This document shows, piece after piece, positions 48,473 through 57,171 of a stretch of 64,000 bases of DNA. A program made the translations under genes and the position numbers. How positions within the stretch are numbered: position 1 is the stretch's first letter; each line of letters starts with the position of its first letter. Below the pieces are notes generated by a model. The model saw only the letters and a list, made by a program, of their open reading frames with translations, did not search any database and was not told where the DNA came from. This DNA comes from a virus (taxonomy: Duplodnaviria; Heunggongvirae; Uroviricota; Caudoviricetes), in the IMG/VR virus record IMGVR_UViG_3300029653_000083, positions 10,236 through 74,235 of that record. One strand, 5' to 3'.

Positions 48473-49243
48473 TCAGTGGAATGGTTCGAATGGTATGCTG
48501 AACACCATATTGTAAAGGTCTTCCACATCGCCCGCCGCGGTCTGCGCGTCGGATAGAATCTGTTGCGGTTCCCGTTCCTCCCCCCAAAGGTCGAACAGGT
48601 TCACGACCGTATCGACTTCCTTCTCGCTTTTACTGTTGATGGCGAAACCCAATAGTCGGCCACGATTAAGGTCGGACAATGGTTTGCTGATTTCCTTAGA
48701 CCATTCGCAAGCGGTTTTCCACGCGTCATCGTCCATCGTATAATCTCCGTCCACACCATAGGTGAGCAGGTCTCCTTCGGTGCTTTCCTGAGCAATGTCA
48801 TGGATGACGAACATGTATTCGATGGCGAGGAGATACTCGTCCAGACTGATTTCGTCCGCATTCCAGTCATGGTTCGTCGGGAAATGCAGATACGGGTAAC
48901 GGTTCACTGTCTCATTGCCGATTTTGTCTCCCTCATGGAGCAGTGCCACGGGGAGTGTGAAGATAGGCGACAGGTAGACCCTTCCCTCGACCCCACCGTA
49001 CTGGTCGTTCTCCGGAATGGCGATAATCTGCTTCATCGAATTGACGATACGATTCACATACTTGGTGGGCCGTTCCAACAGCAACGGTCTTCCACTGGAG
49101 AAGCCTTGGAAAGACATCACATCATATTTTTCAACGACCGGCGTGGTGTCGAACGTCGGCGGAGACAATGGTGTGATGTTCTGCTCATCCTCCGTCTTAT
49201 GGGGCGTCGGACGGTTCTCTCCGAAGAAATCCTTGTAACTCAC
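48473..49243 (-). CDS. Hypothetical acidic protein translationally coupled to virB4
   Basis: Start overlaps virB4 stop. Confidence 0.7.
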   Translation of the reverse strand: MSYKDFFGENRPTPHKTEDEQNITPLSPPTFDTTPVVEKYDVMSFQGFSSGRPLLLERPTKYVNRIVNSMKQIIAIPENDQYGGVEGRVYLSPIFTLPVALLHEGDKIGNETVNRYPYLHFPTNHDWNADEISLDEYLLAIEYMFVIHDIAQESTEGDLLTYGVDGDYTMDDDAWKTACEWSKEISKPLSDLNRGRLLGFAINSKSEKEVDTVVNLFDLWGEEREPQQILSDAQTAAGDVEDLYNMVFSIPFEPFH

Positions 49244-51900
49244 TGTTCTTGTCCTTCCTGTGTTTCTGACGCTTGCATTGCTTTCTTCTTTTCCTCTTCA
49301 CGGCGAATCTTATCGGTTGCGGTCGTGGAGATTTCCTTCAACAGGTCTGGCGGAATGATGACTTCGACGGGTACCGGCTGTTTGCTGGAATCCTTGAAGT
49401 AGGCGACGGCACCACGAATGGTCTTGTCCTTGCCGGTCTCCTTGTCCTTGATACGCAGACGCCTCATGCCAGCCCAGTTCGGCTCATCGTTCTCCTTCGT
49501 ATCACCCATGCTCATACGGGAGCGGATACGATTGCCGGAATCCTCAATCTGCAACAGTCGCAAAGCGTCACGGGCAGGAGAATCCTGAATCGGGTCGTCC
49601 AAAGCCAGCAGGAACGCTCGGCCGATACCGCCTGTCATACCAGCGTTGATGAACTCCTTGACCTTCTGGGAGGCGAACACCGGAGTGAAACGGCGGGAAC
49701 GTGCGGTACGCATCCACTCGTTCACCTTGGCGGCACCCTTGTCCTCGCCTAGGATTGCCCAAGCCTCATCGATGCCGACCATTCCGTCTCGTTCGCTTAC
49801 TGCGGCACCCGCGCCGAACACAATCATACGAAGCACCCAACGTTGGATACGTCCTGTAACGGTGTTCTCGGCTCCCTGTTCCGGAATCATGGAACGGTTT
49901 CCAGCGTTGATAAGGGTAAGGTTCTGACTGACACGCAAAGGGGTCACGTTATCGTTCGTACCGAAGATAAGACGCAACGACTGGTTCGTATTGACGCTCA
50001 TCGTAATCAGTTTGAACACGTCCAACGTGTCCGGATACAAGTTGTATTGCGAAGGGTCTTTCCCCGCTTGCTGGAGAGCACGGAAGTCGGTAGCCGCCTT
50101 GTACAGGATTGTCCCGCAACAGCGGCCACCCTTCTTGTAACCGTAATCCAGCATGGCCTTAACGGTAAGCTCATAGGAGGTATCGCCGTCAGGTTTCAGA
50201 ATATCGGAAATCATGATAGCGGCCATATCCTTGGCCTCTTCCTCGCTTCGGAGCACATTGTACGGGTCGAATGTTCCGTCAGCGATGTCGGAATCCATTC
50301 GGAGCACTGTTCCGTTACGGGACAGGACGGCATCCTCGAAGTCGTTGCCTTCCTTCGGGTTGACGAGAATACAAGGCGTTTTGCCCTTGCCGCTACGGGA
50401 GTCAATCAGCATCCACTGGAGGAACAGGCTCACCAACAGCATGGACTTTCCGGAACCGGTTTCACCGATGACCAGAATGCCCGGTCGGGTATCCTTATCC
50501 TGCACGGTGGTAGTGCCCACGTAAACGGGTTGCCGGTTCGCTTCGGTCAATCCGACCAGTGCTCCAGTATCATCACCGGCCTTGGCGAAACTACTCACGC
50601 CGCCACCAGCCACGCAGGTCGCAGACCAGTGAATCTCATACGGTGTCATACGCACCGGAGAACACGCCTGCATGCTTTTGAACGCCATCAACTGTTCGTT
50701 GGCCGTGGTCAGATTCGTGAACTCGAAATTCTGGATGTTCTGCAACGAGTCCACGGCAATCTGAGCGTTACCTGCCACACAGGTGGCGACACTCAAATCG
50801 ATGATGCTCGGCGGCATTTCGGGAGAATTGTAAATGGCCTTCTTATAGTCCAGACGATATTTCAAATCGGTCATATCGGCGGAAGCCTCACGGCCATGCT
50901 GATAACGTTCCTTGATGTTCTCGTCAATCGTGCGGGCGTTACGGCGAATCGTGTCAGCCGTCACCTTGCCGGGTTCGACCTTGCCGCGAATGGACGTTCC
51001 GACGGCGTTCGCGCCACCCGCCGTAGCGACTTCCATCAGTTTCGCAATCCACAGGTTGGACGGGTCGGTGATGTCCGATTGTGCGAACTGGGTTGTTCGG
51101 GCGAAGCAGATGGACGCCGGATACTCGCTGTCGATGTTCCACTGGTCGCAATCGATTCCCTCATCGTATAGTCGTTTCGCGTTCTGGCAGACCTTACTGT
51201 TCGGGAAGAAATGCAGGTGGTCGTTCTCGGCAATGATGGGAAGGGCGGACGCGGACGCTCGACTCACCCACCAAGTCTCCATCATCGCAACCATCTGCTC
51301 GCGTTCGCTTTCCTCCATGATGGTGAACGGGATAAGACCGGCGTTCAACATGATGCGTTCGATACGATGCGCGTCCGGCAGATACTCCTCAAACATGGCG
51401 TAACCGTTCGCCATGGAGAAGCTAAGCTGATTGAACTTCGTGGTGACTTTCCGAAGAAGCGACTGTTTACGGCCTTTCCTACCGGCTTCGCCACCCAGTT
51501 TCAACGGGACTCCGATGACAGCGAACTGCTTGCACACGTTCAGATTACGGTAATAGTAAGCCTGATAGCTTTTCAAATCATCCTGTTGCATTACCGGCGG
51601 ACGGTAGGGGATAGGCATGGAACCCGTAAGCAGATGGAATTCACGGTATTCGCTTTTCAGCAAATCCCTGTAGCGCATGCCCGCCACGCTGACCTCACCG
51701 GCCAGCCCGTCGAAGAAAGCCATGAAGCTTTGCTCGGCTTCCTTCCTTTTGGAGTCGCCCGCACCATCCAATAGTGCGCTCGTCCAAGGAATCTTCGCAT
51801 ACAGCCATACCGTTCTGTCCGGTGTCGCCGCTCGGAGCAGACCGTATTCGCTACCGGGGCTGATGAAGCTTTCCGGACGATAGAAACCGTCTCTTGCCAT
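49240..51900 (-). CDS. virB4: VirB4-like conjugative ATPase
   Basis: GETGSGKS; IDEAW; RTARSRRFTPVFASQ; lies beside the hydrolase and FtsK genes. Confidence 0.78.
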   Translation of the reverse strand: MARDGFYRPESFISPGSEYGLLRAATPDRTVWLYAKIPWTSALLDGAGDSKRKEAEQSFMAFFDGLAGEVSVAGMRYRDLLKSEYREFHLLTGSMPIPYRPPVMQQDDLKSYQAYYYRNLNVCKQFAVIGVPLKLGGEAGRKGRKQSLLRKVTTKFNQLSFSMANGYAMFEEYLPDAHRIERIMLNAGLIPFTIMEESEREQMVAMMETWWVSRASASALPIIAENDHLHFFPNSKVCQNAKRLYDEGIDCDQWNIDSEYPASICFARTTQFAQSDITDPSNLWIAKLMEVATAGGANAVGTSIRGKVEPGKVTADTIRRNARTIDENIKERYQHGREASADMTDLKYRLDYKKAIYNSPEMPPSIIDLSVATCVAGNAQIAVDSLQNIQNFEFTNLTTANEQLMAFKSMQACSPVRMTPYEIHWSATCVAGGGVSSFAKAGDDTGALVGLTEANRQPVYVGTTTVQDKDTRPGILVIGETGSGKSMLLVSLFLQWMLIDSRSGKGKTPCILVNPKEGNDFEDAVLSRNGTVLRMDSDIADGTFDPYNVLRSEEEAKDMAAIMISDILKPDGDTSYELTVKAMLDYGYKKGGRCCGTILYKAATDFRALQQAGKDPSQYNLYPDTLDVFKLITMSVNTNQSLRLIFGTNDNVTPLRVSQNLTLINAGNRSMIPEQGAENTVTGRIQRWVLRMIVFGAGAAVSERDGMVGIDEAWAILGEDKGAAKVNEWMRTARSRRFTPVFASQKVKEFINAGMTGGIGRAFLLALDDPIQDSPARDALRLLQIEDSGNRIRSRMSMGDTKENDEPNWAGMRRLRIKDKETGKDKTIRGAVAYFKDSSKQPVPVEVIIPPDLLKEISTTATDKIRREEEKKKAMQASETQEGQEQ

Positions 51901-52417
51901 TTCGGGTCAACCACTTTCGATTCTGTGGAATCTTTCCTGTATCACTGGTTTCGACTCTAATGGTTTCGACTGTTGTCAACCTTCGGAAAACGGAAAAATC
52001 CCTCCCCCAACGGATATTCCAATAGGGGAGGGATTCAGAATCGGCGGATTGAATCAGTCGTTCAGACCGAAGTATTCCATCGGGTCGAAATCGGCGCTCA
52101 TGTATTTTCCGGGATTGTCGTCTTCGACCGGCTTGGCCGGTTTGAATGGCTTGTCGATAGGTTTCTCACCTTTCTGCTTCAATCCGGAATAAGCCAACTG
52201 TCTCACGGACTTATCCGAATCGTGGGACAGTTTCTTCAACGTTTCAACGGACGTGTTCGAGTTCGTCGCGATAGCACGCTTCACATGGGGACTCCACTGG
52301 TCGGACATATAGTCCAATGTTTCCGTCGAAGTATTCGGATTACCGGCGACGTTGATGCGGGTCTGAGTCCAACCGTCATCGGCCAGAACGTTCAATGTTT
52401 CCGGCGAGGCATGGGGA

Positions 52418-52600
52418 GTCAACTACCGCGATGACGAGCGTCGCGGCTTGGACGTGGGCGTGACCCCCGCGACTCTCGTAAGGGAGGTCGTCGCGGGCAC
52501 CCCATCCATCATGGGTGGTTGACGGCACCCTGACCTTGGGTCTATCCAAGGTTTTGTATGGCTCTGTCTCGGATGTTCAACGCGGCGTTATGGTCGGCGT
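52418..52600 (-). ncRNA. Putative TnpB omega/reRNA scaffold (5' extent uncertain); guide = flanking TCCCCATGCCTCGCCGGAAA
   Basis: Structured GC-rich segment between tnpB stop and right end; TnpB guide RNAs are known to derive from this position. Confidence 0.55.
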
Positions 52601-53657
52601 TGTCGCTGTGCCCGCAACGGAGGCAGTCGAATCTCGCGTGATTGCGGTTTCTCGCGTCCACGTATCCGCAACGGTTGCATTTCTGACTCGTGTAGGCGGG
52701 GTCTACCATTAGGATTCTGACGCCGTTCCTTGCGGCCTTGTAGGCGGTGAACTCTTGCAGTTGGGCGAACGGCCACTGGTTGAGCATGTTGCGGCGTCTT
52801 CTGCCGGTCTTGGTTCCTTTCCTCGCCTGACGGCGGATGTACGCCAAGTCCTCGAACGCTATGACACTCACGTTCGGAGTGTTCGCCAATCTTTTGGACG
52901 CGCGATGGTTGACGTCACGGATGAACCGCTCTTCCCGATGTCTCATCGCCTTCAACCGGCGGCGGGCGCTTCGGGTGCCTTTTTCCTGCAATGTCTTCCT
53001 GTTGTGCGCGTAACGGCGTCTGATTCCCTGCATGCGGGAATAGGAGGTCTCACCTCCTCTCGAATCCATGGTGAGGGAGTGCTGTCCCAAGTCAACGCCC
53101 AGTACGTCCCCATGTTCGATTGGAGTGGACTGGGGTAGGCGGTATACGAGCATGACGCTCGCGTTTCGCCCGTCCGGGTCGAGGACGAGTTTGGCCGCGT
53201 TCAATTTGCGTTCGGGGTATCTGCGGTCGAACCATTCGGGAATGTCCGGCAACAGTATCCGCTGTCTTTTCTCGCCGTGCGTGACGCTCAACGACAGCAG
53301 GTTGCCACGCAGGGACATGACCCTCAAATCGTAGTTGATGGTCTTTTTCCTGCGTGACGCCTTGAGGTTCCACCGGCGTTTCGGATGGTTCGAGTTCCAC
53401 GAGCGCACCGCTCCGGCGGCGTCGCGCATGGCTATGCAGACGAACTGGGATGGCAGTTCCGGATATTCGGCGCGGAGTCTCGCGTAATTGTCCTTCTGCA
53501 TTCTGGTGCGGTTGACCGAACGGTTGCTGTCGCACCATGAGACAAGCGAACCCCACATGCGGTTGTAGGAGTCGGCCAATCCCTCGAAGATTCCGTACTG
53601 TTCAGGTGAGATGTCCAATGGGAGTACGAGGGTGCGTTGGGGTGTGGCATTCACCAT
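52542..53657 (-). CDS. tnpB: TnpB RNA-guided nuclease
   Basis: RuvC D (GVDLG), E (IAFEDL), zinc finger CNRC..CLRC, D (NADHNAALNI) all intact; start 53657 or 53699. Confidence 0.92.
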   Translation of the reverse strand: MVNATPQRTLVLPLDISPEQYGIFEGLADSYNRMWGSLVSWCDSNRSVNRTRMQKDNYARLRAEYPELPSQFVCIAMRDAAGAVRSWNSNHPKRRWNLKASRRKKTINYDLRVMSLRGNLLSLSVTHGEKRQRILLPDIPEWFDRRYPERKLNAAKLVLDPDGRNASVMLVYRLPQSTPIEHGDVLGVDLGQHSLTMDSRGGETSYSRMQGIRRRYAHNRKTLQEKGTRSARRRLKAMRHREERFIRDVNHRASKRLANTPNVSVIAFEDLAYIRRQARKGTKTGRRRRNMLNQWPFAQLQEFTAYKAARNGVRILMVDPAYTSQKCNRCGYVDARNRNHARFDCLRCGHSDNADHNAALNIRDRAIQNLG

Positions 53658-53723
53658 GCTTTCCCTATGTTGCGCCGTCTTGCTTTTCCCAATGGTCATG
53701 CCTCTTATGATACCATAGGTTTT

Positions 53724-54128
53724 ATGAGCATGCAACGAAATAGTCACCAAGTCTATGAACTCGGCTACCACATTATCTTCTGCACCAAATACAGGCACAA
53801 GATACTCACCGGAGAAGTCGAAATCGCATGCCGCAACGCCATAGCCGAGACCTGCGCCGCATACGGATGGACGTTGGAGGAGATAGAGGTCATGCCCGAC
53901 CACGTCCACATGTTCGTCACCGCCAACCCGCAGACCGCCCCTGCCGAAATCGCCAGAACGGTCAAATCAATCAGCGCCGTCCGCATATTCACCCAATTCC
54001 CCGCACTCAAAGGAAGAAAATTCTGGGGAAGTGGCCTATGGTCGCCATCGACCTACTTCGGAAGCGTCGGACACATCAGCGAGGACACCGTCAGACGATA
54101 CATACAAACCCAAAAGGAACGAGCCTAG
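53724..54128 (+). CDS. tnpA: IS200-type Y1 (HUH) transposase
   Basis: YHIIFCTKYR, MPDHVHMFV (HUH), LWSPSTY, YIQTQ. Confidence 0.93.
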   Translation: MSMQRNSHQVYELGYHIIFCTKYRHKILTGEVEIACRNAIAETCAAYGWTLEEIEVMPDHVHMFVTANPQTAPAEIARTVKSISAVRIFTQFPALKGRKFWGSGLWSPSTYFGSVGHISEDTVRRYIQTQKERA

Positions 54129-54265
54129 AACGGCGATTCCTCCCCGCCCACAAGAGGCGGGGAATCCTCACCTAACAAATCTTGAAGCGCCGCCATGCTC
54201 CTTGACCCATTTGCCCAGCGGGTCTCTTGCTTGTAAAGGATTGTACATTCCTCCTCCAATTTCTT

Positions 54266-55489
54266 TTAGTATTCGAATTGGATATCGTCGTATCCGCTGT
54301 CATCGTTGAAATCGACTCCCGCGTATTCGTCCGAAAGCCTTTGATTCTCACGGCAATGTTCAAGATTCATGACGGCCCTACGGCTGACTTTCTCGTCCTT
54401 GTCTTCGCTTAGCGTCTCCAACGTGTGAAGGCTGGTGTTCGAATTGCCCGCCACATGAAGTCTCGTCTCTGAGTCCTTCGACTGGGAGAGCCTGTCGAGC
54501 CTGTCCGGCACCGTGCAGTGTTCCGCCATGGGGCGGGTGCTGATGGTGTTGGTCATGTCGAAACGGTTCAGTATGCCCTGCGCCGACGAATCGTAGCCTA
54601 GCTCATGGAGTTTTTCGCACTGCTCGGACGAGGCGTGGTAGAGGAACTGGTCAGCCAATTTCGTCTCCGCGTCGATAGCCATGGCGGGGCATTTCATCCT
54701 GCCTTTGCTAAGGGGGAAGGTGGTTCCCGCCCTGTCGTCTGTCCATTCGCTGTGACCGGCCTCGAAGATTTGCAAGGCTGCGTCGTAGTCGCCGTTCCTA
54801 GCCGCCTCCGTGGCTATCTCCGACGTGTACGCGTCGCAGACATGCAGTTTCTCGTTGGTCTCGATATAGTCGTTGTAACCGTCCTGCCCCGGTAGCGGCA
54901 TGGGGTCTCTCACATCGTCGTAGTCCATAAGCTCTTCGAGCCTCAGTGTTTGATGGTATCTGTTCTGCCCGAGCAGGACGCTGGGATTACCGTAATCGCC
55001 TTCCTTACAGTATTCCAGCGAACGGTTCCGACACCATGCCATGAGAGCGTAGTCGGCAATGTCCTTGTCGGCATCACCTTCGAGCCGTTCCAGAGTGTTG
55101 GTCGGGGTGTTGCGGTTGAGGGCCACGGCACGTTTCACATAGAAGTTGTCATCGTCCGCCATCATGTCGAGCGTCTTGCCGTCCAGTTTCGGATTGGACG
55201 CGACTGCCGTGCGCTCCCTCACGTCGTCGCTGTACTTGAACGAGTCAAGCGTCTCGTCGCTGATGTTCGGGTTCATCAGCGCCTCCAGCCGGTTGTCCTC
55301 GTCTTTGCCGGTCTTGGCTATCTGGTCAATTACCGCTGTCGGCGTGTTTTTGGTATCGACAGCCGCCCCATGCTCTTCCGCATAGTTGAGATTTTTGACA
55401 TTATCGGCAAGACTCGCCTTCGGATTGCCACCATGCGCTTTCATCCACTTGCCCAGCGGGTCACGCGGTTCTGACGGATTATAAACCAT
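54266..55489 (-). CDS. YNP-tagged protein with LRV/HEAT-like repeats
   Basis: MVYNPSEPRDPLGKW; repeats VASNPKLD..L..MADDDNFYVKRAVALNRNTP and VAGNSNTSLHTLETLSEDKDEKV. Confidence 0.78.
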   Translation of the reverse strand: MVYNPSEPRDPLGKWMKAHGGNPKASLADNVKNLNYAEEHGAAVDTKNTPTAVIDQIAKTGKDEDNRLEALMNPNISDETLDSFKYSDDVRERTAVASNPKLDGKTLDMMADDDNFYVKRAVALNRNTPTNTLERLEGDADKDIADYALMAWCRNRSLEYCKEGDYGNPSVLLGQNRYHQTLRLEELMDYDDVRDPMPLPGQDGYNDYIETNEKLHVCDAYTSEIATEAARNGDYDAALQIFEAGHSEWTDDRAGTTFPLSKGRMKCPAMAIDAETKLADQFLYHASSEQCEKLHELGYDSSAQGILNRFDMTNTISTRPMAEHCTVPDRLDRLSQSKDSETRLHVAGNSNTSLHTLETLSEDKDEKVSRRAVMNLEHCRENQRLSDEYAGVDFNDDSGYDDIQFEY

Positions 55490-55563
55490 AAAAGAAAACC
55501 TCCGTTTCGCTGTAAACAACCTTACGCGAAAGGGAGGTTCTATTCTTGCTGTTTTGGTAAAAA

Positions 55564-55881
55564 TCAGGCTCCGGCTTGAGTGGTGTCTTTTTTGACTATG
55601 GACACGTATTCGTTTACCAGTTTCTTGAGTTCAGGATTCTGGTCGAGACGGATTTCCACTCCAAGCTTGGTGTTCTTGTAGAACGCGTAATTTTCCTTGG
55701 CAGCGATGGAAAGGCTGAAATCCTCGACCTTCCAATTATCGCCTGTCCCACGGTTCAGACTAAGGAACATGGCTCGGGCGAACCATTCCCTGCCGGTCGT
55801 ATCCTTGACTGTAATCATAGGTTGAATCTTATGGGTGACATCCGCCGTGAGACGTTTGCCCGGCACGATGATTTTAGGCAT
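55564..55881 (-). CDS. Hypothetical protein
   Basis: Coupled to 55874-56413. Confidence 0.6.
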   Translation of the reverse strand: MPKIIVPGKRLTADVTHKIQPMITVKDTTGREWFARAMFLSLNRGTGDNWKVEDFSLSIAAKENYAFYKNTKLGVEIRLDQNPELKKLVNEYVSIVKKDTTQAGA

Positions 55882-56413
55882 CTTCCTTACCCTCCTCCTT
55901 ATATACGAACATGACGTTCATGTGACTGTTCTTCAAGGCTGCATCCAACGGTGTCTTGCTACGAGCGCGATGACGGTATGCTTCGATATACCATTTCTCG
56001 AACGGGAAGTCATCCCCGCTTTTGATGTTCTTGACCTTCACCCAGCGGGACGCGGTTTTCGCCCGCAGTGCGGTCGGTGCGGTGTAGCCGTCACGGTCGT
56101 CCATACCGTACTTGTAGTCCTCTCCGGACTCGTACAGTTTGCCGATGAGATATCTGCCGTCGGTGCGCCAGAGGATGAACTGGGAGCAGGTGTCGAGCGA
56201 GCGGACTGAGACGATGCTGTCGAACGGGATGATGGCTTTGCCATCGTTCTGTTCCGCATGGTTGATGATTTCATCCATCATGCTTTCCGCCTGTCGCCAG
56301 TTGTAGCGGATGATGGTGTCTTCGTCGGGTTTGACGCTGGCTTTTCCAATGAGGTCTGATTCCGAACTGATGCGCATGAATACTGCGCGTCTGTCCATGA
56401 GTGTTTCGGTCAT
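55874..56413 (-). CDS. Hypothetical protein, possible PUA/EVE-like fold; paralogue of 56488-57021
   Basis: QFILW..D..LIGKL..G..Y...Y.AP....A..WVKVKNI pattern shared; motif promoter at 56433-56451. Confidence 0.6.
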   Translation of the reverse strand: MTETLMDRRAVFMRISSESDLIGKASVKPDEDTIIRYNWRQAESMMDEIINHAEQNDGKAIIPFDSIVSVRSLDTCSQFILWRTDGRYLIGKLYESGEDYKYGMDDRDGYTAPTALRAKTASRWVKVKNIKSGDDFPFEKWYIEAYRHRARSKTPLDAALKNSHMNVMFVYKEEGKEDA

Positions 56414-56487
56414 GGTGTTATCCTTACTCTTATGTGACTACTTCCAGTATAGGGTGTTTTTGCGAATGTGTCCAATACTGGAACCAT

Positions 56488-57021
56488 TCACACCTCACGT
56501 AGTCGAATACGGGTAAGCCCCGAACGTCGGGAAGTGGTAGCGGACTTGCGTTTGCCCTCGGCGTCGGCCATGGTCAGCATGGGTACCTTGCGTTCGAACA
56601 CCAAGGACAATGGTTTGCCCTTGTCCTTACCTGCGGCGAGTTCATACAGGTCTGGGTTGAACCCTTCCAATGGTCTCAGGTTGTCCAACGCTATCCAGTA
56701 TTTGGCTGGTTCTTTAGACCATGGTTTGGGACATTGGTAGAAGCTTCCTTCGTCCCATGTCCTTGGATTGTATGGGCTTCCGAAGCCAGTCACCTCGCCT
56801 ATGAGCATGAGGTCTTCGTCGTGCGCGTACAGGATTACCTGCTCCACGTTTTTCATGACGCCTATGATTCCGCATTTCCATAGGACGTGGTTGTCGTGTT
56901 CTTTGCTGAATCGGAGATATTCCTGCATCACGGTGTGTGGTTGGAAGTATACGCGGCCTTGTCGGGGTGCGTATCCGATTCGTATCATCAGGATTTCTTT
57001 TGAGTGTGTTGTACCAGTCAT
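56488..57021 (-). CDS. Hypothetical protein, possible PUA/EVE-like fold
   Basis: QVILY..D..LIGEV..G..Y...YQCP....AKYWIALDNL; motif promoter at 57039-57057. Confidence 0.6.
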   Translation of the reverse strand: MTGTTHSKEILMIRIGYAPRQGRVYFQPHTVMQEYLRFSKEHDNHVLWKCGIIGVMKNVEQVILYAHDEDLMLIGEVTGFGSPYNPRTWDEGSFYQCPKPWSKEPAKYWIALDNLRPLEGFNPDLYELAAGKDKGKPLSLVFERKVPMLTMADAEGKRKSATTSRRSGLTRIRLREV

Positions 57022-57171
57022 GCTCCCATATTACCATATGTGGACAATTCCAATATAACGTGTAGCACGTTAGGGGGTAGCCTAAACTCAGTGCGCGTCA
57101 CCCTTCTTCGACTTGCCGGACTTGCGAGAAGCCTTCAAAACGGCGGCAAACATACGAGCATCGTCCATCAC

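Larger units (their letters stand above)
52418..54181 (-). mobile_element. IS200/IS605-family element with divergent tnpA and tnpB
   Basis: Left-end hairpin CCCCGCC..GGCGGGG near 54142-54162; right-end hairpin CCGCGACG..CATCGCGG followed by TGAC ending at 52418; left boundary inferred to within a few nt. Confidence 0.88.
52054..54248 (-). pseudogene. YNP-tagged LRV/HEAT-like repeat protein gene split by IS605
   Basis: GGAGGAGG SD and ATG 54248: MYNPLQARDPLGKWVKEHGGAS; resumes at ~52417 as PHASPETLNVLADD..VAGNPNTSTETL; parallels HGGNPKAS of the upstream paralogue. Confidence 0.8.

Noticed and set aside
52418..54181. IStron (self-splicing intron plus IS) rescuing the split gene
   Set aside because: The left end lies only ~50 nt from the tnpA stop, leaving no room for a group I intron core
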